Shown here piece after piece: positions 24,591 to 35,815 of a DNA stretch of 64,000 nucleotides. Within the stretch, counting starts at the first letter, position 1; every line of letters starts with the position of its first letter. The notes below the pieces were generated by a model. It saw only the letters and a program-made list of their open reading frames with translations, made no database searches and was not told where the DNA came from. This stretch comes from Vicugna vicugna (Eukaryota), in assembly GCA_013265495.1 (NCBI GenBank), contig MU057521.1, positions 1,686,335 to 1,750,334 on the forward strand, read 5' to 3'. The position numbers and the translations under genes are program-made.

Positions 24591-25334
24591 TAGCCTCAGT
24601 CAGAAACCATAGCATGAATTAGACTCTTTATATTTGTGCCTTTAAAACTATGGCAAGATACAGTTCTTAACTTCAAAGAGCTTCTGTTCCAAGAGAGACA
24701 GAAGAGAGAGAAAGTGCAAGAGGAAGATTATAAAATACCTCTTGTGTGATATTGTGTAAAAAATGTTGATTTCTGACTTGTTGCAGGTGATTATAAATGT
24801 CAAGTGCTCTTTCCTGTTGCTGGTTGGTTAGCTAATATGCCATGTCTGTGGTCTAATAGGAAGCTGTATCTGTAAGAAGACTCTCATTCTGATTATCCAA
24901 ACTGTGAGCTGATTCAGACATCAGACCTCTCAAAAGGAGAAGGTGAAGATGCGGGAAGAATTGTGACACAGGAGCACATGGTGGTGGCAGGATGAGGGAG
25001 AGGAATGCTGGTGCGAGTTTTCCTTTTCCCTAATTATCGTATCACCATTAGGAACCATTTGATGTGTATGTGTTGACGTGTAATGTAACTGCAGAAGAGA
25101 GTGATCTACACACATGTGCATGCACAAGGTTGCAGCTTATATTTCACACTTACAGGTAGGTGTAGGGGAGTGTTTCCAAGAGGGAGGAAGGACTTTGAGT
25201 TAATTACCTTAGCTTACTAGCATTAACAAGCACTCAACTAGTAGTTAAGTGACAATAACTGAATGAATTTGAATTAGAACCTTAACAACCCTTTTCCCTT
25301 CAGAAAGGATCTGGATGTTTGGAGAAGCCAAATG

Positions 25335-25540
25335 GTGTGGGAGTAGAGTTTGAGCTTTCAGGTGAGGCATACATGGCTTCTGCCATTCACTGGTCGAACG
25401 GCTGTTATCTAAGTTTCTAAATTTTAAGCTTTTTAGTTAGATAAAGGGAACAAAAATAGTACTTACATCTTAGCGCTTATATGAAATACGCGTATGTAAC
25501 AGACATACACTGGCACGTAGCGTGTGTGTGTGTGTGTGTG
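25335..25540 (+). mobile_element. Degenerate MIR followed by (TG)9 at 25523-25540
   Basis: ggcttctgccattcactgg...ataaagggaacaaaaatagtacttac...ctggcacgtag. Confidence 0.55.
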
Positions 25541-28500
25541 TACATGAGACTAACTAAATAAATACATAAATAAAAAAAATAATTTTATGACCACATCCCT
25601 GCCATCATCATTGATTGGCCAGACAATATTTTTTAAAAAGTATTATCTGTTGTTATGTTTGTTTTAAGTATAAGACACACATATACTTAGTTTGTCTAAA
25701 CAAGGAAACTTCTGCTGCTCTTAGCAACAGCAGGAACTTTTTGGGCTGAAGTATTTAAAAATGGCAGACATAGGGGAGAAAGAAGACTTCTTTCTGACAA
25801 ATCAGGGGTAGGAAACAGAGGGCAAATATTTTAGTAAGTGCAGATTTTAGATACAGTGTCTTCCCTTTCTCCAACTTTTTAAGAACCAGATACACATTTT
25901 AAATTTTTTTAGCAGTTGGTCTGGTAGTGAATGAAGGGGGAATGAGTTGTAAGGGACTGATTAAAGAGGTGCGTGTTATAGAAGGAGTAAGTGCTAGAAC
26001 TCCCTATTTGGGTGTGAAACCCACATAAAGTGTGACCACACTTTTTAAACTTTGTATGTTGAGGATAATTCTGTGATAGTGTCTTTTCCTTTAACCAAGC
26101 ATCCTGGGAGAGCAGGGTGGAGATGCTGGAAAGAGGATGAGAACCTCAGTCCATTTGGGATAATGTGTGTGTGGGAAACTCAGAGAGGTAAAGGCTGACG
26201 GTCACAAGTCACTTCTTCCAGCTTCTCCTTTCCGTTGTCTATTCTTGCGCATATGTAAGTCTTAGGAAGTTGTACAGTTTAGTCACACTCAGGGTTACTA
26301 TGGAAACGGTTTCTTTTTCTTTTCTTCTTACTGAGAAACAAAACATTCACAGAATGGATTGTCTACATCCTGATGTTTAAATGAGGATTCATTTTAATAA
26401 GTATCTGAAGAAAGACAAACCAACAACAGAAAGAAGTATCTGAGTTCGTGATTTTTAATGACCACCCCTGCTCCAGTCAGGGTAGGAGGACCAAAAAAAA
26501 AAAAAATTCCAATGATTTTTAAATTAAAATGAATTAGATAATGAATTAAAAATGAAGATTCATTATTTTCAGTTTGTGCTTCTGGATCTTAGCTACAAGA
26601 AAAAGATTAATCTTTGTTCTAATCTGTTTTCTTTGATTTTGTGAAAATTTATAACAGGTTATTAATTAGCTGTGTTCTACCTAGATAGTCTCTTACAAAC
26701 GTATTATTTTTTAAACTTAATCTTAGCACTTAGTATTGCTTGCCAAGATAATACCCAAGGCAGTCCCTTTAGAGTTTTTAATTTTGGGCGGGTGTTAGTG
26801 GTAGATACTGTGGAGGAAATAGCTCCTTTGGGAGGATTACAATATTGATTGTAAAGTCATCCCTAAAATATTAATGTGCGGCATGCTTTAAAAATTCAGT
26901 AAACATCCTATTGTATGCAGTGCAGAAGAGGGCTCTGTTTGTTCAACATGGGTGCATGGATCCAGCATGTTTTCAGAGTGGTTGGAGGGGCAGCGATGTC
27001 AGGCTGAGTGTGGTGGCTGAGGAAGAACTGGACCCGCAAAAGGGCCTCGGGGATATAGACGAGCAACATGATGGAAATGCTGACTCGGCTGGCCGTCCCT
27101 GTGGCCCAGTTTTTGGAGTGCATTAGTTTCAGACATGTTGATTGGTCCTGCGAATGCTTTTCAAAGTTAGTCTTTTATGTGAATCTAATAGCCTAAGTCG
27201 TACTTATTTTTAAAGTCTTAGTCACTTCTACAACACTATATTGTCCCACTTTAAAGTCTGTTTCTTTATTTCAAGGAGAGTTAAAAGGGGATTCAGATCA
27301 CTGATTTGGTGTTGTGCATGAATGTGTTTTTAATTTTTCATCTTGGAAAATGTCTAATATTCAGAAGTAGAGATAATAATGTAGTAATAACCACAAGCCT
27401 ATGACCCAGCTTCCACAGTTATAGCTGTGGCCAGCTGTGTTCCGTGTGTGTGTTTTATGGCCCAGCAGCGTAAATCCACGCCTCATACAGCCGCGTAGCC
27501 TGTCCACGTCTCTCTCCTTGTTGATCGGTGCTTAACACACTGGCAGTGTCCAGTGACTGTGGCTATCACAATGTTTATCTGTCCAGCTAGCTTTCTTTCA
27601 GTATTAACCAGAGTACTTTAATTCCAAGCCATCTTTTTTTTTTCTAAGTGAAAAAAGTCACTGCGTTGAAGTTTTGGTTGCAATGACTTTGGGTTCACCG
27701 TTAATATGCATAGTGGTGTAGGCAAGTCAGGGCCACATCTCACGCTGAATTAAAGATCACGTGAAATAATGAGTAAACATCACCCTTTAAATAAGTATAA
27801 GATATATGGTGAATCACAGTTGAACTTTTTCCTTTCCCGTGCTTAAAAGGGTGTTTTATAGTCCAGATTTTACTCAAAGAGTACTTCACTAACCACAGTC
27901 AAATCATTCACATGTAATAGGATTGTTTCCAGCATATAGATTGGTGTCATTTAATGCCGTTGCAAGAACCCTTTAAGATCACTTAGTCATTATTTACTCA
28001 TATTTTGCTTCTTAATTGGAAGTGTAATTTAAGGCGTGTGTTGCTTCTTGTCAGCATGGTTGGTCACTTGTCTTTTTGGGACTGTGCTGTAGTTGGTTAC
28101 ATTGGGGTTATAAGGGTAAGAAGCTTTGCCCACAGTACCATTCTGCTAAGGAGTCCAGGGCTTAAAATTAGGGCTTTTTGGGGAAACCTTCCCTTCACAT
28201 TTTATACCCATTCTTTAGATAAAGAATCAAGGGCTATTTGACCATGACAGGCTAGCAAGTCTATGGTAGAATCTGAAGTAGAATTGAGGGTCTGAGTGAC
28301 ATGGATTTTAGTTTATAAAATGTCACCCCTACTCTGAGAAAATTGCTCTTGTGCCAATTCCGTAGTTAAGATATGAGAAAAATTTGGAAATTGAGTTTAT
28401 GAAACATTTAGGTACAGGAAGCTTCAAGGAGGTAGTGGGCAAACTGAGTCTTGCAGGATGAATAAGAGTTCACAAAGACAAGAGGCCAAAGGACATTTCA

Positions 28501-29529
28501 AACAGAGGTAAGATATCTACAAAGTACAGCTGTATAAAGTGTAAAAATGTAGTTTTATCACAGGTGTGTGGGCAGTGTGAAAAGGAAAAATAGAAGTTAG
28601 ATGAAGTAAAGAAATGCTGTGCATCTCAGTTGTTTCCAGCTAGGTCCATTTTATTTTCTTAGAGAAATTCAGCTATAAGTTACCAAATATTGTAACTAAC
28701 TTTCCAGTATAGTAATGGATTTGTTGTTATCATTAATAAAATACATTTTAGGTTTTAAGCAAGGAACTTGCAGCTTTGTTTTAAAGTTAACACGTTTTTC
28801 TATGATTGGGAAGGACCCTTGTAAAGTAGTCACCAAAAAGGTAGTATTACTTGTCGTTTTCTGGAATAATTGCCTTAGCAGTTATTTGGCGTTTTCTTTA
28901 AAAGTATTCTTTAACCTTAAATTCTAGTCATCATCAAGTGGCTGTTAGTTGAGGGACGTGGAATTTGAGATTTGAAAAGAACCTTGTGGACTCCCAGACT
29001 TACTTAAAGGTCTGTAGGTTTTCAGGTACCTGCAGTGTCTGACTTGACAATTGTTCCTTAGAAGTGAGCTGAAGTCTTTACCCCCATAGCTTTGCTCGCT
29101 GGCGCTAGTTTTGCTCTCTGGTGTAACACAAGATGCTGCTGCTCCTTCTCCTATTTGGTAACTTCTAACTCTTGAATTTTCTGTGATTTCCATGCCCTCC
29201 CCCACCCCCGTAGCAGTCTGTTTTGGGGAGAAGGCTCTCTTATAATTCCAGCAATTTCCTCATCACTTGATTCCCAGATCCCTTCTGTAGCTTTTCTGTG
29301 GGGTGCTCTGCAGTTTCATGATGTACTTGAAGATACCAGATGATGAGCACAGAGTATGTGACCATTGTTTTCCTTGCTTTAGACATTATGTCCCAAGTGA
29401 ATTAGTTATTCACTGATGAGGTCAACACTGAAATAAAAAGACTCTTTGTTTTGTTTAGCCCCTCAAATTGTTGATAGATATATTTTGTTAATAGTGAAGT
29501 CATTTGGCGTACTGAACTGATGCAGTAGT

Positions 29530-29725
29530 GACAATAGTAATAACATTTCGGTAACTTTTCTACGTGCCAAGCCCTGTTCTAGATGCTTTGTAGTGTCCCT
29601 GTGAGGTAGGTGCTCGTAACATTCTGCAAGGCCAGTCCCCACAACAGAAGGTAATAACTCTTAAGTAGATGTTATCATCTCCATTTTGCAGATGAGGAAA
29701 CTGAGGTATTAAGTATATGGCACTG
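29530..29725 (-). mobile_element. MIR
   Basis: tacgtgccaagccctgttctagatgcttt...atctccattttgcagatgaggaaactgagg (MIR core). Confidence 0.8.
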
Positions 29726-30497
29726 CAGGAAGTTCTGCTCCCTTGCTGTTTTTCTTTCATTGTATTTCCAATGTTTTAGAGTGGCCTGAAGGGGCAAAAA
29801 TACCAAGATTCATATAACAACTGAGATTTACTGAAAATATCAATGGGGGGTACTTCATGTGCACAGTTGTCAGCAGAATCCAGGCAGCTCAGTAGGACAG
29901 TAAATAGTGATTTACTAAGCGGTCTATTGAATGGGATGTGCTGTGAAGGACACTTGCCCATAGCCGCTACACTGATCATTGATCTTAAGTGATGACCGAG
30001 GGGTATTTAGAAAGTCTGATATGCCTTCTGAGTGACCCACGGCAGATTAAAGTGGTTTCAGTGTTGGAGGAACTGCTGTTGTCTGATTCTTCAAAAACTG
30101 GCCAAGTATTGCTATGTCAGGAACTTAGCATGTATGACAAACCAGATCCCTACATCTGGCCCTATTGTATTTTGAAGTTAAATCATTTTCATCTGAGTGT
30201 GTAGACCAGCATATAAATATGTAGTATCTTTGAGAGTTTAGTTTCCATGATATATTTACTTACCTTGGAAGACCCCGGTATTTTTAAGAGTATTGAATTA
30301 TCGACAACTACTCTGAAAAGTTAAATTCTTCTACCTGATTATACCCGTATATAATTTTAGAAAGCAAAAAATAGTGGAATAATTGAAAAAATACCAGTGA
30401 GCTCTCTATGTTACACATATCAGGCCTCGTATGTTAGACTGGAACTTAAACGTTGAAATATTCCTAGCGTTTGTATTTTAAATAGAAGACTGGGAGT

Positions 30498-30548
30498 TTG
30501 CTTGCTTGCTTGCTTGCTTGCTTGCTTTTTTCTTTCTTTCTTTCTTTC
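30498..30548. repeat. Compound microsatellite (TTGC)7 then (TTTC)5
   Basis: Read directly: 30498-30525 and 30529-30548. Confidence 0.95.
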
Positions 30549-33113
30549 TCCTCTCTGAGGAGCTTGTTTCTAATAGAGAATCATTTAAGTGTGTGTTTAT
30601 ATAATTTATTTCAGTAGAAAGTTACAATGTAGGTTTCTTGTGGGTAGCGGTTTTTCCCTTCTCCTTGTCCGGGAGATGCCCCTTTGGGGGAGTACTACTG
30701 GGATGGGTCTCAGAGACTCTCTCAGGTTCTAACGAGGTTGTTTACACATATTTTGCCAATAAGGAAATGAGGAAGGAACTCTGAGTTCAGATTTGATCTC
30801 CACCCAAGCTGAGTTCTATTTTTCTGTTGTCACTGAGAAACACAATGGGGTTTATGTGTGTGGAAGGGAGATAACTGTCCGAGTGACACAGTTAGTGAGG
30901 TTGGTGATTCAGGAAGGCCATTGGTACCATCTTCTCCAAGTCTCTCCCAGTTGCTTGTGACTCAGGGAGAGCGAGGCGCCAGGTCTTCATGTCTCGTTTA
31001 GGCTGTGCGGTGAGCTTGCTGGGCAAATCCCGCAGCCCTGCCTGCGCTGGGCAGTGGTGTGCACGTCTCTGCTCGAGTGCCTGGGAGTACCTGCCCGTCC
31101 TGTCCTGGGAGGGGCCGTGGGTGCTGGAGTGGCTTGGGCGACTCTGCCCTGTGGGCTCTCACTGCACGTACATTCTTGAATCACAGTTGTTTGGGTGTCT
31201 GTGGCCTCAAGGGACTAGTTTTTTGAAGACAAAGTGTGCCTCTCTCCAGTACTGAGTACAGTGCTGCTTTTATAAAGGCAAACGTTAAACATATGTTGAA
31301 GGATTCACTCATCCCTTGCAGTCACCTGGCAAAGAGAGGTCTGGGTGCTTCGGAGGAACTCTTATTCTAACTTTTTTAATATTGTTTCTTCTTTATGGTT
31401 GTAGCCTGGTGCTGCTACAGTGAGCCAGGTGTTTTATTTATTTTTTCTGTTTATCTGTCGATCTGTCTAACCCTCCTCTTTTCTTCTGTCTCTTTCTCTC
31501 TCTCTCCCTCCCCCTGTTCCTCTTTTCTTTTCCAGGCTGCAACTCTCCCTGTACTCTTATTCTTGGATCCCTTAACTGTATTTTAAGTGGCTCCTGATAG
31601 TCTTAATAGGCCTAATTTTAAAATCATAGTCCCCTCCCTTCCCCAAATACTTTTGCCTTCAGAAAGTGCCATCTTATTTTTACCTATTAATGATAGCCCC
31701 TCCAGGTCTTCTTGTTGTTTGTCTTTGTTGCTTTGATCACCTTTAGTGATTTAGTCTGGTGTATACATTTGAATATTTTATTCCATGTGTGTGTGTTTTT
31801 TTAATATTATTTCCTCATTTAAGGCAAGGAAATAATAAGATACCAGCATTCCAAGTAGAATTTAGTAAGTCCAAAATTGGCAGTTTGATATGCCCCAATT
31901 AAGACATAATTAATGTATATATTATAGTTAATTATATAGGAAAGTTTTCTGCTTCTGCTATTAAACAGATTTTATAAAATGATAATTAGTACAGGATCAA
32001 GAAATGAGATACTGTGAAAAGGTCTGGAGTCAAGTTAAGGCATTTCTTAAATTTGTTGAATTTTTTCAAAATAAATGATTGCATGTTGTGGAGCAGTGAG
32101 AATTTAAATTTTATTTGAATTGGAAAATGTTTGATTATAAGTATTATAAAACTTTACTGACGAGGATGAAGGTGAAAATAAGTAAGGTTGTTAGAATGCT
32201 TAGCTGATAAAATGAATAAACTCTATTCTAAATTTATGTTCTTCTACTTCATGCCTTCCCAAAGTATTTTTGAGGGTGAGAATTAAAACTAAGTCAGTTG
32301 AGGTTAAGAATTTTTTTTTACAGAAGTTTTGTAAACTCCTCAAAGACTATCCCTGTAGCCAGGACATAATTTCCCAAGCCACTAAAGGCTGGGCCAAAGC
32401 AATTAATGACTCACAATGCCGGTTTACAGCACTTTTTTTCTTTACACAAGCGAAATTATTTGTGCTATTTCAGCTGCTTTGACCAAGCCTTTCAGAGTCA
32501 CTTTGTTTAATTTTGAGTCTGCTTTGCACATAATAAGGATAAATACCACTTCACTAAAGTATAGTGGGGACAAAAAAAATCACATGAATGTTTCTCTGAA
32601 CTTTCCCTTGCTTATAAAAGACGATTGTCCACTAAGGGAACACCAGGAATAATGTGGGTAATGTAGTACAGTCCTCTCGCAAGGGAAGGTGATAATTCCT
32701 AAAGCATGGAGAGGATGGGTCAGGCATAGGATAGATACATTAGTTTGGAAATGGAACCCAGCTAGACCCAGCGCAGAGGCATATTTGACCTGTGTCTTAA
32801 AGGTTGGTAGAGAAAGAACTTAAAGTGTCAAGCTGAGTAGAATGTTAGAAAAGCGTGAGAGCCCACTAGGTAATCTGGAGAGTTTGTTGTTCATATTATC
32901 ATTTTTATGGTTAATCTGCACTGTTCTTTGGGGAAAATATTTTGAGGGCCAGATGAGCTTTTTGTTCGTACGTGTTTACAAGTCATTTGGAAAAGAAGAC
33001 AAACCAAGCCAGTCGCTGCGATTCATGCTCGCTTTACTGTATCTCCCGGAGTATGTCGATCCGTGAGGGGAAAATCCCATTTGATTTACTAACTGTAAAT
33101 TATTAGCCTTAGA

Positions 33114-33137
33114 GTTGTTGTTGTTGTTGTTGTTGTT
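33114..33137. repeat. (GTT)8 microsatellite
   Basis: Read directly; it explains the poly-Asn run in ORF 32976..33212(-). Confidence 0.97.
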
Positions 33138-33884
33138 AATACAGATTAGCATGGATTTCCCAAGCCACCATTGCTGGAACTGATCTTCTGAACCTTGAAT
33201 CCATTCACACACAGTTCATTGACGGTCTGTAAATTGCATAACCAGCATCACATTCTGTCTTTGCCTGAACTTTGTGCGACTGCTCAAGACAGGAGGAGCA
33301 GTGGCCCGCACTCTGGTCCTTTTCTTGTCTTATAGGTTTGTCTTGCTTGTAGCTGTGGATGCTGGTTCTCGGCATTCTTGGTGTGTAGAGCCTCCTGGTC
33401 TCTTTCAGTGAGAAAAGCTTTTTTTATAGCAGTAGAAGCACAGTAGGTTTTGCGAAAAGAATTTTACATCCTAATTGTGAGGACTTTAAGCAGTCCCTGT
33501 TTCTAACAAAGATTTGAGGCAGTTTCCGCTTGTGCATGTGTCTCTTTTGTTTTCTTTCCAATTTCTGTAACCTTTTAAACGTTTCCTGTAACCTTTTAAA
33601 ATTGGGTTTGGTGCTCACCAGGCAGCATCACTGCTATGCAGGTGGACAAGCTGTGTGAGGTCGGAGTGGGCAGAGCCCGTGATGGGGGGGCACGGTGCCC
33701 CGAGGGATCTCACCCCTTCTCTGAGGTCTGCATGTGGTCAGCAGATGGTCTCCTCTGTGTCTCTCCAGGATGACTCCCACCTGTCACTGCCCTGTCTTCA
33801 TTCCTGAGACTTAAGCTTATCCTCAGGATAACATCGCATCACCTTTGCTCTGGGCTAAGGGGTTATGTTACTATTTGATCCTGG

Positions 33885-34095
33885 CGGTTAGAGGAGCCCC
33901 CCTTTCAAACTTGGGCTCTGCTGCTGCCTTCCCTGTGTGACCCTGGGCACACTCTGTGACTCAGTTTAACCTTCATCTTTGAAATGGAGATAAGTCCTTA
34001 ACTGCACTGAGTTGGGAGGATTGAGTGTCCTGTCTAAAGAAGAGTGCCTGTCACAAGCAAAGCGCCCCCTAAATGTTAGCTGCCATTATTGTTGT
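33885..34095 (+). mobile_element. MIR
   Basis: ctgtgtgaccctgggca...ctcagttt...catctttgaaatggagataa...gggaggattgag...gtgcctgtcaca...taaatgttagctgccattatt. Confidence 0.75.
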
Positions 34096-34869
34096 TACGA
34101 CTAGGGGAAAAAAAGCTAGAGTAATAAAAGGCTTCTTGCTTTGAGGTATGTACAGGTGGCTTTCTGATTTATTTTTATTTCTTATTTTGAGAAAGATTGT
34201 AATTGTAATGGGCACCTGCAGGTGAGTCACAGCCTCTTTGGGTAGCCCCGTCGGTAGTTTTTCGTTTGGGAGTCAAGCAAAACCTCTTTGTGGTAGGTCC
34301 TTACGTGCCCAGGCTGATCTGGCTGGAAGCACTGAAATCTCCCCTTTGTTGCAGGGCCCGGACCGGGCAGAGGTGAGCTCACGGTAGCTCTCGTGGTCAC
34401 CTTGGCCGCTTGCTGCCCCACTACCATCGTGACAGGGTTAACTTCCGTTCTCGCGGTCCGTGTTCCCAGTTCTGCCACGACCCCCACAGGCTGCGCTTGC
34501 TTGTTGTAGCTTCTTTACTGTGGTTTCCTCCCCCTTGTTTCCAGCAGGAACAGCTTGTGGTCCAGAACGAGGAAAGGAATCAAATACGACTTGACATTTA
34601 ATCATTATCTTTTAGTTGTCCAACGAGAGTATTTAGTGTGATGCTTCAGTTGAAATGGAATTTGTTCTCTACAGAGTCGCCTGCACGTGGAGGAACACGC
34701 CAGATGGGTCAGATGCAGACTGGCGAGAGGGAAGGGGTGTAAAGTGGTCCGGTGGTCGTTCTTCTGGCAAATGCTTCTTGAGAGCTGTACCAAGTGCTGA
34801 GCGCAGGCTACACTGGGAGGAAAATGGGCACGAATCCCTTCCTTTTTGAGCTTACAGTCATAGACGGAG

Positions 34870-35407
34870 ACCTTTCTTGGAACCTTTCCGCGCTGCCCAC
34901 TTTGCTCATGTGAAAAGCCAGAGTCTTTACAGTGATCTCCACGGATGGGCAGGACGTGCCGCCCGCCCCGCCCCTTACCTTGCTGATCTCTGCGCAGGTC
35001 ACTCCCCTTGTCTTACTGGTCTCCCTGTGGAACGTACGAAGCATCTTCCCCTTGCAGGGCCTTTACGCTGGCTGCTTCCTCTGCCAGGACTGTTGCTGTA
35101 GATAAATCCTTTCAGCCAGCTTCCTCATGTTCTGTATGTATAAATGCCACCTTTTCAGTGAGGCCCATCCTGACCAACCTGTTTACATTACCACCTATAG
35201 CCTTCCCAACAGTCCTCATCAACTTTTCCTTGCTCTTTTTTTCCCCATGGTAGTTGCCAGTTTTTAACATAAAACTTACTTATTTGTGAGGAAAGTTTAA
35301 TGAGAGCAGGGGTCTTATTGTTCACTGAAGCACACTAAGTACTTAACTAGATCAGTAATAGGCACATAGTAGGTATTCCATAAACATGTGGAATGAATGA
35401 AAATGAA
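34870..35407 (+). mobile_element. L2 (L2a-like) 3' end
   Basis: cagggcctttacgctggctgcttcctctgccagga...ttttcagtgaggcc...gagagcagggg...ggcacatagtaggtattccataaacatgtggaatgaatga. Confidence 0.8.
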
Positions 35408-35439
35408 AAGTGCTATGGAAAAAATAAGAAGGACATACT

Positions 35440-35625
35440 ACTTTTCTGTGGCTGTTGTAACAAATTAACAAAACCTTGGTGGCTTAAGACAGCAGAAGTG
35501 TATTCTCTCACAGTGCTGGAGGCCAGAAGTGCAAAATCAAGGTGTCAGCAGGACCGTGCTCCTTTTGAAAGCTCGAGGGGAGAATCTGTTCCTTGCCTCT
35601 TTCAACTCTGGTGGCTCCAAGCATT
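35440..35625. mobile_element. MLT1 (C/D-like) LTR fragment
   Basis: ggctgttgtaacaaattaacaaaaccttggtggcttaagacagcagaagtgtattctctcacagtgctggaggccagaagt...aatcaaggtgtcagcagg. Confidence 0.85.
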
Positions 35626-35649
35626 TTTTAGCTTGGGCCGGTTGTTGGG

Positions 35650-35815
35650 GTGTTTTATAAAGTTGGGTTACCAAGTGTCTGATCGGCTTGTGCACACGTC
35701 TCTGATTGGTTGCAGGTGACGTAAGAGGTTTAGGGTCCATGAAGGGCTGTGGGGTTTGCCTCTGAGAAGGCAGGCGTGACCTGGGCTGTTGGTCTGTTAG
35801 GGGAAACACGCCCAG
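35650..35815 (-). promoter_or_regulatory. LTR-like promoter module facing antisense: KLF/Sp, CRE, CCAAT, TATA
   Basis: On the minus strand: GGGCGTG (35807-35813), TTACGTCA (35717-35724), AACCAATCAG (35702-35711), AGCCGATCAG (35679-35688), TATAAAA (35653-35659), in canonical order. Activity not shown. Confidence 0.4.

Noticed and set aside
26911..27126. 71-aa ORF with protein-like acidic composition
   Set aside because: TTG start, no recognisable homology, and no poly(A) or TSD to suggest a retrocopy.
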